NCBI GenBank assembly: GCA_001662655.1
Contig: KV460246.1
Reading direction: 5' to 3' (one strand)
From: Pseudogymnoascus verrucosus
Taxonomy: Eukaryota
DNA length: 64,000 bases
A program made the translations under genes and the position numbers. Positions 11,501 through 24,135 of this stretch are shown here, one piece after another (the first letter of the stretch is position 1; each line of letters opens with the position of its first letter). The notes beneath the pieces were generated by a model. It saw only the letters and a program-made list of their open reading frames with translations, had not been told where the DNA came from and did not search any database.

Positions 11501-13425
11501 TCAAATGAGGATTGCTTCATTATTTATATACGGATCGTCTAAATACATTGAGCTATAGCCATGGACTGTGTCTGGTTCGGTGTCCATTATCATCTCTGCA
11601 TCTTCTTCCAGCTCTTCCTCCACAATGCTTGACTCCCAAGATTCGCGCTCGTATAAGATATGCTCGTCTCCATCTCTCCGTTCGAAATCCCCAGTTGAAA
11701 ATATGCTGTCCTCTTCTCCAGCATCTCTGGTACCGTCTTCATGCACTTCTTCGCCCTTCATCAGCATACTTGAGTCCCCTCCTCCACTCCCAAAAAGCAT
11801 ACTACAACTCCCCCCCTCTCCCCGATTCCGCAGAATCTCAAGATCGAAGAGCATATCCATCTCTCCATCCGACAACAACTCCTCTCCAAACAAATCCTCA
11901 AATCCTTCATCCGCATCCACCACCTCCTCCGACGCATTCTCGATGTCCACCCGAGCCGGTCCACTATCCTCACGATCCCGACTAGCAGGCCCGCTTCTCG
12001 TTTCCTCTTCCCCACTTTCCTCAATAACACTGGGTCGAAGACGGCGGCTTGCGATCGGTTCGTAGAGGGTGGTCTGCATCATTCGGAACACGTGGGCTTG
12101 GAGTGTTTGGTTCAGTCGGGGAGGGTGCGTTTGGGCAAACCGGGCTGGGGAGTTTTCGTGGATGGTGGAAAGTTTCTTTTGGAGGCTTGGGAGTTGACTG
12201 GTTTTGGAGAGGGAGGAGAGGGTGCTTGAGATGGTGTTTATGAAGGCAGAGCGTTCGTAAATGGCCTGCGATGGATATGTCAGTTTCATCAATTCGGTTG
12301 GATACAGGCAGACATACATTTTTGAAGCCTGGACTCCATATTAGAGGCATAATGCTTGATAGAGGGCGCTTCGGACGTGGCTTGCGGACCTTGATGTTTG
12401 GCGTAAATTTCGTCTGTCGCCCACCAAGCAAAGTCCTGAGTGCCACATCCGTTAATTGCTTTGCCGTTGCTAAATTTAACGAGGATTCGGTAATGAGGTT
12501 ATTTGAGGAATCATCTGTGGAATCAAGCATGCTTGTGTCCTGTTGGTTATTGAAAGTCATAGATGCTTCGGGAGTCGGTAGATGGACGCTGCTGTGATCA
12601 GTTCGGTATAGCAATGTATTATCGTATCCATCAGCATAGTATTGGTCTTCGACAAAACCGTGATCCTCCCATGACTTGCCTTCCAATACGGAGCTGGCAT
12701 CAAATGGGGCTTCGTGGCGAGGCGTCGAAGAATCAAATGCTTCCAAGTCCATGATATCTTCAAACAGGTCTGGATCACTCTCGCAGCCATCTTCGAAAAG
12801 CATGTCATCTTCTGTTGCAGTTTCTTTTGTTAGTATTGGCAGTGGAGTATCGCATGTAGGCTCAAAGGTAAAGAAGAGCTTGATTCCCATAAGCCTGATG
12901 TCTGGAACGTATTCCGGGACATGTAGATCGGCGATTGGGGATTCTTCTGGATTCGGATGCCCATTTGAATGTAGACTTGGTAAAGTGTCATGTAACTTGA
13001 TAGAAAACGTTGGTCCCACATCAGGGCATATGGGAGAAGAAAAATTGAGAGAAGGAGAAACTGGGAGTTGTTCCCACCACTATGCTGGACTTCAGTGAAA
13101 CGGAAACAAATATGAGAGTCACGATGCACGCTGAACTCACGGGTGCTCCAAGAACAAATCGGCGAAGCTGTTCGACCAGAGCTTTCTCAGCAAGCCCATT
13201 TGATTGCAAGTTCTTGAATGAAAACCCGAATCCAAGGTCGCAGCCTGGTCCTCGGCTGATACAGACCTTCCCACTCTCCATCATATGTAGGAGCTCATCA
13301 GAACGCACCCGCCGAAAACGGTCATCTTGAGGCCGGAATGCGGCTGACGACGTCACGAGAAGCTTTATTCTTTCTTCTGGGCATGATAGCTTCAGAGCCT
13401 CAAGTTTTAAAGAAACGTCGGGCAT
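11501..13425 (-). CDS. Hypothetical acidic protein, ~603 aa, 3 exons (true start may lie further upstream)
   Basis: Three ORF segments join in frame through canonical introns 13140..13080 (GTGAGT..TAG) and 12317..12266 (GTATGT..CAG); no recognisable domain. Confidence 0.6.
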
Positions 13426-14949
13426 ATCGACGGCCCCTCATTGTGACACCTCGACCAAGGAACTCTCTATCACTGACAAGAGGGGTGAGGGAAGTTTATA
13501 GCAGGACAGACATGAAAAGCAAGAGACAATATGCACAGTGCAAGACCAGGTGAGACGGGATTACCAGGTCATAGAGTATAATGTTATTCGCATACATAAT
13601 GAAGTTCTTCAACCTTTTGAGGTTCTGGGAGAGAGTTGTGGGTGATCGGTTTATTTGCCGTCGGACACCGCTGTCATTTATGGCCTAACGTTGGATCTAC
13701 ACGAAATAAGTGGGTCAATAACCCACAGGGTTTCTGGGCGGCGTAGCAATTGAACTCATTTCAATTCCACCTGGAAGATCCGGAACCTGCATCTGGGCTG
13801 CCTTTGGAGTCGTCAGGAGCTCAATTATCACCAAAACCAGGGAGACCAGCTACGGAGTCTTATTAATACATTTCCTGCGCTTCAGCGTCCGTCTTGCGAT
13901 CATGGCACTCAGCAACTTCGGATCCCTCATTCTCAACCTCCTTATCTTCATAACCACATTGGTGAACTTCAGCTACGCGCTCACGGCTCTCGAACCACTC
14001 GTTCTACTCGGACTGTATGCAATCACGAAAATCTATATGATACCACCGGAAGAGGGAGTTATATCAATGAGCGGCTTGGGCTACCTCTTCGAAGTGTCAT
14101 GAGAGTGCGACATCGATTCCTATGAATGGATAAACTTCAAGAAACGGATACACACATACTACTCCACACCCAGACTTGCAATGTGCTTGTGGGGGTAGAC
14201 AAGCCTCTCTCTAACCAGATTCCACGGGCCAGAAACGAACGCCAGATGCTCGATCAACGGGAAAGAAGGGGCAGACAAGGACGTGATGCTTAGTTACAGT
14301 ATGAGTACCTGACCTCAATGTCGACTAATCCGATATCTGACACTTTGCAGTTTAGTCGTTAATAAAGAAACACTATGGTTCTAGAGCACATCTCTTAGGC
14401 GCTTAGAACGCAAGCCGGCTGTACAGCATATACTCGTTCTAGCGTGGTCCGTTACAACATATACAACATATACGATATATGGCACAGGGTGATAGTACTA
14501 GGTTGAGATGGGTGAATAATGGGGATTCTAAGGCAGATATATGAGCACCTCACATGAGGAAGTGTAAACTATTATAGAGATCGGGCATTTGTTTATATGT
14601 TAGGCTGATCAGATTATTGTCCGTAGCTGGATAAGGATCCCGACAAGCATGGGCCTACAGCTATTAATGGACAGTGGTTTGAGTTTCCCTCTCGCCATAT
14701 ACTGTAGAATACTGTGTATATTCAAATAAAAATTAATTACACTCCATGCCATCGTACTCGAGATGTCTCACTTGATCATCATAAAACCGGAACCTTGGGG
14801 TTTCGCCTCGGCTCCACAATTATGGCGTCTTAGTCTCGGCGATAAGTGCCCGCTCCTGGGGTTTATTCGGATCGGATAGGTACAGGTATTCCACGACATC
14901 GTGTGCTCCTGAAGCTGTTTAAATAAAGGTGCAACTGTATATATACAAA

Positions 14950-16605
14950 ATGTCTGGCACAACTCTCTCCAACTCTTTCCCGCGATCCGATAATGCCACA
15001 GCGGTAATCATCCCAGGGCCTACGCCCCTCACGATATCCTATGGGGAGCTCACTCGTCTCGTTTCGTCGTTCCAATCCAGGCTCGCCCAGTTAGGGATTA
15101 CTCCTCAGTCCGCGGTCTCAATTGCCCTCCCGAATACCATCGAATTTATTGTTTCGTTCCTCGCCTCTTCGTGGCAGCGCGCCATAGCGGCCCCCCTCAA
15201 CTCTGCGTACAAGCAGGAGGAGTTTGAGTTCTACATCGATGACCTGAAGTCCGCCCTGGCACTGGTGCCAAAGGGCGAGTTCGCAAAGGATGGTCCGGCC
15301 GTGAGAGCGGCGAGAAAATACCAGGCTGCGATTGCTGAGTGCTATTGGGATGGGAACAAACGGGAGGTTGTGTTGGATGTGAAGGACCAAGGGAAGCTGA
15401 AGGGCAAAGGCGGACGAAATGTCGAGAAGGCACTGCCAGACGACGTCGCTTTGGTGTTGCACACCAGCGGGACGACAGGGCGACCAAAGGCTGTATGTAT
15501 TTGTTCAACATAAAGCATGACGGTGCATCAAACTAACTTGACGCAGGTACCCTTGACACACAGGAATTTGACAAGGACGATGAGTATGCAAATCCGCCAG
15601 CGGGAGATTCGCAATTGCTAACAGTTGACAGAGAACATTCAGGCAACATACGAGCTGAGCCCTGCTGACCGAACCATGCTCGTCATGCCTCTTTTCCACG
15701 TCCACGGCCTGCTCGCCGGGTTCCTCGCCCCTCTTCTTTCCGGAGGATCTGTCGTTGTCCCTGCCAAGTTCAGCGCAACTACCTTCTGGGAGGACTTCAT
15801 AACGCACAGAGCCAACTGGTACACTGCTGTGCCCACCATTCACCAGATCCTTCTCAGGAACCCACCTCCGTCCACCAAACCCAACATTCGATTCATTCGC
15901 TCTTGCTCGTCGCCTCTCTCGCCAACAACCTTCCACCAGCTTGAGGAGCAGTACAACGCCCCTGTCCTCGAGGCCTATGCCATGACTGAGGCCGCTCATC
16001 AAATGACATCCAGCCCTCTCCCACCTGGAAAGCGTCAACCTGGCAGCGTTGGTATCGGCCAAGGTGTCGAGATCAGAATCCTCGACCAGGCGGGCAAAGA
16101 GGTTCCCCAGGGCGCCGAGGCCGAGATCTGCATCCGCGGCGAGAATGTGACAAAGGGTTACCTGAACAACCCTGCTGCAAACGAGAGCAGTTTCACCAAA
16201 GACGGCTTTTTCCGCACCGGTGACCAAGGAAAGCTGGATAAGGATGGATATGTATTTATTACCGGTCGCATTAAGGAGCTCATTAACAAGGGTGGTGAGA
16301 AGATCAGCCCTATCGAGCTGGACAACGTGTTGGCTCGCCACCCGGCCGTGAGCGAAGCTGTCAGCTTTGCCATCCCCGACGAGCTGTATGGCCAGGACAT
16401 TGGCGTGGCGATTGTTCTCAAGCCGGAACAGAAGCTCGGGGAGGATGAACTTAGGGGGTGGGTCAGCGAGAAGCTGGCGAAGTTCAAGATACCCAAGAAG
16501 GTGTATTTTACGGAGGTCATGCCGAAAACAGCTACTGGAAAAATCCAGCGCAGAATTGTGGCAGAGCAGATGCTAAAGAGTGAGAAGCCGAAGTCGAAGC
16601 TATAA
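14950..16605 (+). CDS. PCS60: Peroxisomal acyl-CoA (oxalyl-CoA) synthetase, PCS60/FAT2-like, 3 exons
   Basis: AMP-binding LHTSGTTGRPKAVP, MPLFHVHGL, LEAYAMTEAAHQM, FRTGDQG, GRIKELINKGGEKISP, PKTATGKIQR; C-terminal PTS1 SKL. Confidence 0.9.
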
Positions 16606-17160
16606 AGGACAGGTGCGTGTATATGAGTAGTGAGTCGGATTTAGATATTACAAATATATATCGAGGATCTATTACGAGTTGTATATTCATCTCCTCCAAG
16701 GAATCCGATTTCCGCCACCATGAGGCGCCCATATAAATACAGCAACTCAACAGGTGTTAAAGCTTCTTGGATACTGGCGAATAGATGTGTAACGAAATTG
16801 TCTGTTCAACTATTTTCAATTTACAGCTCCCAGCCCTGGATATTGCTATGTGAGGCTTCCTTGTGCATAAGGGGCTCACGGGGGACTGGCCGAGAAGTGT
16901 TTTGGGACAATTCCCAGCGCCTCTTGGAGCCTTTTCAGTTATTGTACCCATTCCGATGCGATTAAGTCTCCAATCCTAGTGATTCGCATCGGACCAGCAG
17001 TTTTGTGGCTGAAAGACACAAAACAAACTTTTCGGCTCTTTTACTCCTTCCCAACACGACCATTATTACTAACCAAAGGCGACATCATAAATAAATCCTG
17101 GCGCTTTGGGTCCGGGTTTATGTGTAAAATTCGAGTGGGCGCAATTCAACACGGCAATAT

Positions 17161-17167
17161 GGCTAAA
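17161..17167 (+). promoter_or_regulatory. Possible XlnR/Xyr1 binding site GGCTAAA upstream of the AA9 gene
   Basis: Exact GGCTAAA about 430 bp upstream of the ATG; a short motif that can occur by chance. Confidence 0.25.
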
Positions 17168-17597
17168 GGCAACAGGCGTGCCCTGATTTTCTTTAACCGG
17201 ATTTCAGGTATATTGATAACTCCAGGTAAGTGGGCACCAAAAGTCTGATTCTGGGTCATCTGCTGACGTTTATATATTGGAAACTGCTGCCATTGGGTAT
17301 GTCAGCCTGGAGAAGTGCCGATTGAAGGCGTGGTGTTTCTCGGCATTCTTACACCCTATGCGTCACTAGGACACCGACGCCATCGATAGATCTAAGAGGA
17401 AGTCAATATAGCAGATCATAGGAAGTTGTATTGAAGATCAATGCAAATCCTCATATGTTCCATCTATCTGCTTCCCGTGTTCCCGACACCGATCCTATGC
17501 CAAGCAGGCATATTGCTGTATAAGAGTAGGCAGATCTCCTTCTTTACGAAATGATGTTCAGCTCCCATCATTCTCATTCCATATCCAGTAATCCACC

Positions 17598-18402
17598 ATG
17601 AAATCGGTTGTTCTTCTCGCGCTTGCTGGTGCAGCTTCTGCGCATTATACCTTTCCCGCTCTCATATCCGGAGGGACGACGTCTGCCGATTGGGAGTATG
17701 TACGTGACTGGACTGGTTCATACACATACAACCCCGTCGAGGACGTATCCTCCCTCAACATCCGCTGCAATGTAGACGGTTCGACAAATTCCGCCGGCAC
17801 TCTGTCGGTTGCCGCTGGCTCTGAGATTGGCTTCACTGCAAGCCCCAACATCTACCACCCTGGCCCGGTTCTGGCATACTTGGCGAAGGTGCCATCCGGA
17901 CAAACCGCTGCAACCTGGGATGGAAGCGGTGACGTTTGGTTCAAGATATATGAGGATGGACCATCGGGACTTGGTACCCAGCTCGTCTGGCCCTCAAACT
18001 GTAAGTGGCCCAGTTGTTTTGCCAGTGATTGTGCTGGTCGTTTTTGCTAACAGTTCTCATGAATAGCGGCTTCAACTGTGGGCTTCACCATTCCAGCTGC
18101 CACACCTGACGGCGATTACTTGCTCCGCGTGGAGCACATTGCCCTCCACGTTGCGCAAAGCTCTGGAGCTGCACAATTCTACCTCTCATGTGCGCAGATC
18201 ACTGTCACTGGCGGTGGAAGTGGAACGCCAGGTCCACTTGTTGCATTCCCTGGAGCGTATTCCGCGTCAGACGCAGGAATCCTCATCAATATCAACTACC
18301 CTGTTGTAAGTTTCTGTTCTTTTGGGTTGAGCAGATGGTGAACTAACAATCGTGTAGCCCACAAGTTATACTCCGCCGGGACCGGCCGTGTGGTCGGGAT
18401 AA
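17598..18402 (+). CDS. AA9 lytic polysaccharide monooxygenase, secreted, no CBM, 3 exons
   Basis: Signal peptide followed by N-terminal His (HYTFP), [43 protein letters not shown]. Confidence 0.95.
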
Positions 18403-18834
18403 GGTAGGGAGTAGTAGACAGACACAGAATAAATGTATACACGGGATAAATAAACTAGAAGATAAATTGAACAATGGTACACAAGCTTACGTCATTTCTG
18501 ACTGTTTTATGCATAACGTCCTCCTAATTAACTGGTATTCGGAGGAACCGGAACTCCGTTTTGATCCTTTCATAAAAACGAGTCGGAGTTAACACAATCC
18601 CTAAATACGGGAATATGAGAACTGTATCTTGGAAACCTCAGTTTTGGCCCGGTATGCTTCGCTCTTCGGCGTTACGATTTATAATCCATACGGATTAGTA
18701 GATTTTATAGCTAGCTTCATATTAGAAAACTGATACTTAAACCGCTTGATTTACGGACAGGTACCCAATTGCAAAATACAATCAACAATATCCTCGATCA
18801 CATCACTGCCAAAGACACTCATAGACTCGCTCAA

Positions 18835-19761
18835 ATGGCAGACAAGCAAAGCCGCAAAATCGCCATCGTCGGAGGAAGTGGTAGCGTTGGCTCCCCAACA
18901 GTTGAGGCTCTTCTTTCCCATGGCATCCACACGGTTACCGCAATCTCGCGCAGTGAATCAACAGCAATATTTCCTTCCGGTGTCACTATTAAGAAAGGAT
19001 CTTACAACGATGAAGAATTCCTTGTCGAGGCTCTCAAAGGGCAAGACGTGCTGATCCTCCAACTCGGGTACATGGCACTCGACTCTCAAATCCCTCTCAT
19101 CAGCGCCGCTGCGAAAGCAGGGGTCCCGTGGGTGATTCCTTGCGAGTATGCATGCGACAATAAACATGAGAAGTTAAACGAGGAAATTGGTTTGATGGTC
19201 ATGAAAAACAAGTACAGAGCCCAAATTGATAGTTTGGGCGTCAGCAGCTGGATCGGTATTGTCAACGGTCCATGGTTCGATTGGAACTTCGAGAAATCTT
19301 TCATGGGCATCGATATCAAAACACGAAAAGCCAAACTCCTTGATGGCGGGGTTAAATTTAACACCTCTACGCTGAGTAAAGTGGGTAAATCTCTTGCGGC
19401 GCTACTCAGCTTGCCAGACTCCAAACTCTCCGCTTTCAAAAACGACTTCGTGTACTTCAGCTCTTTTCTCGTGAGCCAACGCGACGTCTTTGATAGCATC
19501 TTCAGTGCGACCAGCACCAAAGAGTCGGACTGGGCCATTGAGAGGGAATCCCCGGACAGGGCTGCCGAGGCAGCGAAAGAAGCTATTCGGCAAGGGAATG
19601 GGATGGGGAACGTTGATTTGCTGTTTACAACCCTGTCCAGGGTAGGATACGGAGGAGATTATGAAGCAAAGGTGATAGGAAATGATTTCCTGGGGCTGGA
19701 GCAGGAAGATTTTGACAAGGTGGTGAAAGGTCTTGTGGAGAAGATGGAACAAAGCAAATGA
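18835..19761 (+). CDS. NmrA/isoflavone-reductase-like atypical SDR oxidoreductase (CipA-like)
   Basis: Rossmann motif IAIVGGSGSVG, LKGQDVLI, AAAKAGVPWVIPCEY, FNTSTLSKVG; first ATG at 18835. Confidence 0.85.
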   Translation: MADKQSRKIAIVGGSGSVGSPTVEALLSHGIHTVTAISRSESTAIFPSGVTIKKGSYNDEEFLVEALKGQDVLILQLGYMALDSQIPLISAAAKAGVPWVIPCEYACDNKHEKLNEEIGLMVMKNKYRAQIDSLGVSSWIGIVNGPWFDWNFEKSFMGIDIKTRKAKLLDGGVKFNTSTLSKVGKSLAALLSLPDSKLSAFKNDFVYFSSFLVSQRDVFDSIFSATSTKESDWAIERESPDRAAEAAKEAIRQGNGMGNVDLLFTTLSRVGYGGDYEAKVIGNDFLGLEQEDFDKVVKGLVEKMEQSK

Positions 19762-20592
19762 TCGAATATAGACCCTAAATCAAAAGTTATAACTCTCGCA
19801 TCGATTTCACAGCCACATAAAACCATGGTTTCTATCATAGAATAATGGAAAGAATAGAAATCAATATCCTAATTTTGTCTTTGCAAAATTAAAAGCTCTA
19901 TAGATTTCCCCAGTGACTAAAAATAATATCCAGACCTGCGGGGTAGCTCGGCCTGACTGTAACTCAGATCCTGCAGGATTTAGATAGATAGTTAATCACG
20001 ATCCAACATAATTTGTAATAATAGAAACACAGCTATTCCAAGCTAACCAATCACTAGAGATTCGTCAGCACCAATGCATGTTGGGGTGTTAGGGTTCACC
20101 AGTAATATGCGCTAAAAGTGTTCTTATTCGTCAATCAAACTTCAAAGAGCGGCACACTGTAACAGAGACTGGGGGCTGATCTGTTCCTTAGAATAGGGTG
20201 GGTGCGTTTTTGTGTGAGAAAGTAGAGATCTGTGCTTCATTTGTTAAAGTGTTCGTAGTGGGGCAGTGTCGTATTTTGTCACCCGAGCTTGGCCATGCAC
20301 TGTAGGCGCGCTGTTGGATATAGAGAATCCTCCACTCACAGTCTCCCAACACTATGATTATACGGGAGTCTTCGGGCTAATATGCTTCAAACCAACAAGG
20401 CGATGAGTGAGGTAGATTTGACCCCCAATCTACCGGATATGCACGAGTGTCAGCGGTGTATAAGAGTTACTGGAAAGTACGATTACGCTTTCTTTCGATA
20501 CCACCACCATTCTTGAAGTAAATACCGAATCTCTCCAACTTCGTCAACTTGTCGGCCACCAACCCAAACAAATCCGGCCAATTACATCAAAT

Positions 20593-20905
20593 ATGCGTTC
20601 TGTCATTCTCATCGTTTCTGCCTTGTTCTCTCTAGCAGCAGCTGCTGCAATCGGTAAGTTACATACCTTATATAATGCGTAATTTACAAGCAAGGCGGCA
20701 ACTGACTATCTGCATAGATTCTAACATCTTGACAAAACACGCCAACACTGGCAGAGCACAGTGCTACTGGATTGGAAGTGCTCCGATATGCAGGCCCTCT
20801 AATTGCCCATCCGGGTATCAAGCCTGCCAGGAGGACTTTTGCGGTGATGGAGTGTGCTGTGGGACAGGCAGGAAGATTAAGTGTTGCCTGGGTGGCTGCC
20901 TCTAG
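20593..20905 (+). CDS. Small secreted cysteine-rich protein (82 aa, 10 Cys), 2 exons
   Basis: Signal MRSVILIVSALFSLAAAAAI; intron 20654..20717 (GTAAGT..CTGAC..TAG); mature CYWIGSAPICRPSNCPSGYQACQEDFCGDGVCCGTGRKIKCCLGGCL. Confidence 0.85.
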
Positions 20906-21514
20906 TCCGACTTTCTATAAAAGTCTTACGACAGTGAGAAAAGTGCAGTCGGCGTGGATGCTACTATAATCGTCATACATAGTGACAAAGATATTGAATA
21001 AATATATGGTCCATTCTCCTGCTGTGGCCGTAATATCTTATAGATCCGCCCAGGGCCCAAATTAAGGCGGGGTAAGATCCAATAACAGGCTAAGGATCGG
21101 TGATCGCTTGTCCACACGCTGGAGACTGACAAGCCCACGTGCACTGATAGGCCGTGGCTGCCCGGGCCGTACCGCTCAGTCCCCCGAAACGCCAAAAATA
21201 TTCCGAACGAACAGGAGGGGCAAGAAGGCGGGGGGGCTATGATGGCAAACTTCATCTCCACAGTGGATATCCCGGATTTTGTCCATCTCGGGATAGTAGG
21301 GGCTCTACGATATACTTATACTTTCTAGAAGTTTGAGGAGTGATTTCTGCAGGTATGGATCCATATAGAGGTCGATGGAGGTGATTAAATCATAGCCCTC
21401 ATTGACGATGAGGGGAGTTTTATGTCGGCAAAAATTTATCAACCACCGACGGCCTTATCGATAAGCTGGCTAATCTGAACTATGGCCTGCTATTTCGGGT
21501 ATAGCAGGGCATAA

Positions 21515-21609
21515 GAAGAGATGGCAGTCTTCTTATGGGAAGAATACGACGTCCTCGTGTCATCGTCTAGCATCAACAGGGCACTCAGGTCAATTAATTA
21601 GTCGTAAAG
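21515..21609 (+). mobile_element. Degenerate Tc1/IS630-like DNA transposase fragment
   Basis: Translates EEMAVFLWEEYDVLVSSSSINRALRSIN*S*, matching the fungal Tc1-like HTH motif EMxxFLWDEFxxxVSxSSISRALxxxGWSKK; a stop (TAG) sits at the expected Trp. Confidence 0.7.
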
Positions 21610-21645
21610 CTAACTTGTATATTTGGGGATCGTGTTACTACTTGA

Positions 21646-22306
21646 CTACCACTCAGACTTGATATCGAATGCCATTTCCCACTCAGCATGCACTACAGAA
21701 TCATCATCGGCAAATTTATGTCTCGAGGTGTAGCTTCCACGAGAGAGCATCCCGGAAGGGGCTTCTTCCCATCCATGGCCTTAGGGAAATTAGTCTTTAA
21801 CCTTAATCTCAGAATCGCGATACAGCACTTACGGGGAAAAGTAACCTCGTGTAGCTTAGACTGTGGCGCAAACGAACCCTGTTGGTTTCGTTATAAGCTC
21901 CTCTATTCAATAGCCATCATAATGCTGTAACTTACCAGCATCTGCTGGTCCTTCGCGACACGTAATCCTTTTCTGAAAGTCGAGGTTTGGCTTGTAAGAC
22001 CAGAGATAATGTCATGTTGCACTCTGAATGTTACCCTGATCTTATAGTGGCAGCCCTCTTTGAGTATATAAGGGCTCTTAGCCGCCTTCTCTATCTCCTC
22101 AGGCGACGTAAGGGGATACACGATGTCCCCTCCAGGTCGGTTCTCGAAGATAATCCTGACTTCTTCAAGGATCATCCTAGGGCTAGGTGTAGGTGCTTCT
22201 ATAATAATTGTGATCAGAACTGTAGCCAGAGGGCAAGGAATATAGATTTGTAGCAGGGAGATATCGTAGATATCTTGACAGCCATTGACTTACCACTTTC
22301 TGCCAT
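21646..22306 (-). CDS. Rho GDP-dissociation inhibitor-like protein, Ig domain only (~151 aa), 4 exons
   Basis: Exons 22306-22294, 22198(or 22219)-21936, 21878-21833, 21779-21646 splice in frame. Motifs LKEGCHYKIRVTFRVQHDIISGL, RKGLRV, MLGSFAP, EEAPSGMLSRGSY, FADDD, FDIKSEW*. Confidence 0.88.
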
Positions 22307-24135
22307 GGCTTAAGGAATAGTTGTATGTATAGGCTGTGTTGGAGTTGAAAGCTATAAAAGGAGCAGCAAGGAGACCTTGAACTTGAATAAGAGCAGAATG
22401 AAACCACAGAAGATTCGACTGTAGCGTTAATCGACACTACAGCACAAATCAAGAGAGGTATGGTCTATATATGCTTATAGACGCTACCCCTCCTTTGTCC
22501 AGATACCTCTGACACCGACAAAGATCCAGACCTCCATTCTTTTGCATTGTGTGACATGCCGAGGGCATTACTGACAAGGAAATGATGAGCATCATGTCCA
22601 ATCGGAAAATCGTAAATGTGCCGGCAACGACTCAGGACGTGCAGTAAAAGAAAGCGCCGTATCCTCAGCTACGAAAGACTGGCAGTCACGTTGTGAAACA
22701 TCTGCTGTGCATCACAATGCAGGCAGTGAGGGGAGAGGCGGTGTGGTTATGCAAAATGACCGTCGACAAGGGCAATACAAATAATTAGGTGAAGCTTTGT
22801 CCGTAGCCATTATATTGAAGGAATTTAAATTCATTCTGCTACTTATACATCCCCGTATGAAGTAGTGTCGTTTGGCTTCACTTAATAGATTTAGCTAGCG
22901 GAAGTGATAAGCATTGAAGCGATAAGGCCACAAATGAGGGATCGGGTCGTCCTGCGTCGATCGACGTGGTGGTTCTGATACCTATTGTCCACTAACGCGC
23001 TATTTATGCTGAGTGTTTAGACATGTAAGTATATTGGGTTAGATGGGCCGGGAACCCTAGTTAAGAGCAAGGTAGAAGTTCCAGTCACCACACACGAAAG
23101 AAAAGGTGGTTTTGCCCACAACTGTATGCCGTGCTGTAAGTACAGTACGAATAGGCTTAGCATGCCATTGTAATACATATCTGGAGCCTTCGAAAGAGGC
23201 ACTTGATGATTGAGATGGCCAGGTACTGCGCTTAGCCGCATTTGGACAGTAGTCCGAGAACCCGTGGTCGGCAGGAAGTTAAAAAATTTAGGGCAGGGGA
23301 AGCCAGCCGTGCAAACAGCTGTACTAGGCCGCCACACACAACCACAGCTCAACAGCCACCTTTTATTGCCAAGGGATCCCAACTTTGGAGGTATCAACTC
23401 ATATGGTAATGTCGCATGACACAGCACTCCCTAGTCCCCACAAGGCTGAAAATTATTTTTCAGCGTCATAGTGAGGCTCGGAAACCCAGATCAAAGTGTT
23501 AAATGAGTTGGAAAGGCGTAATGAGCTTGTGGTGATGCTGTAGGTCAAGGGGTTCTATCATACTACGAATTGACGCCCTCCGCAATCAGGCGCGACGGCG
23601 ACGACGTGATAGTAAATCTCAGAGTAGCTGGAGTTTGGACTGCTCAGGAGTGATCACACAACATAATTAATATAAAATACTGGAATTTTCAATGGGTTCA
23701 CAAATTTAGAATCAATTAAATTCAAAGTACCAATATTTGTCGCAGGGATGCACACATTATATTTGCAACTAATATTATCGCTCCCTCCAACTTAATTATT
23801 TAGTAACAACAAGTAATGGAAAAAAAATAGTTCCTAAAGAACTAAGAATCCATATTTAATTTATAGTTGCTATGAAAAAATTAAGAAACAGTAGGGTTTA
23901 TAAGCCACTTTGAGCCCCTATGGTGGTTGCATATAGAGTCCTATCCCTAATTATCTGGGTGCACGAGATAACTCAGTTGCTTTCAAATTTAGTCATCTAC
24001 CGACGAAGTGGACTCAACAACAAGCGCTCTGTTTCCTAGCATATTTCTAAGGTATCTAAATCGTAGCGCCCTTTCATGGTTGTTGAAACTACAATTGGTC
24101 TTAGTAGTTATCATGCCGCATTCACACCAGCGTCT

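Noticed and set aside
13902..14312. Signal-peptide-like 66-aa ORF MALSNFGSLILNLL...
   Set aside because: No coherent continuation or splice model; at most a gene relic
19741..19850. Cryptic peroxisomal targeting by stop-codon readthrough (NmrA ends QSK-TGA)
   Set aside because: Context is TGA-TCG rather than TGA-CTA, and the extension does not end in a PTS1
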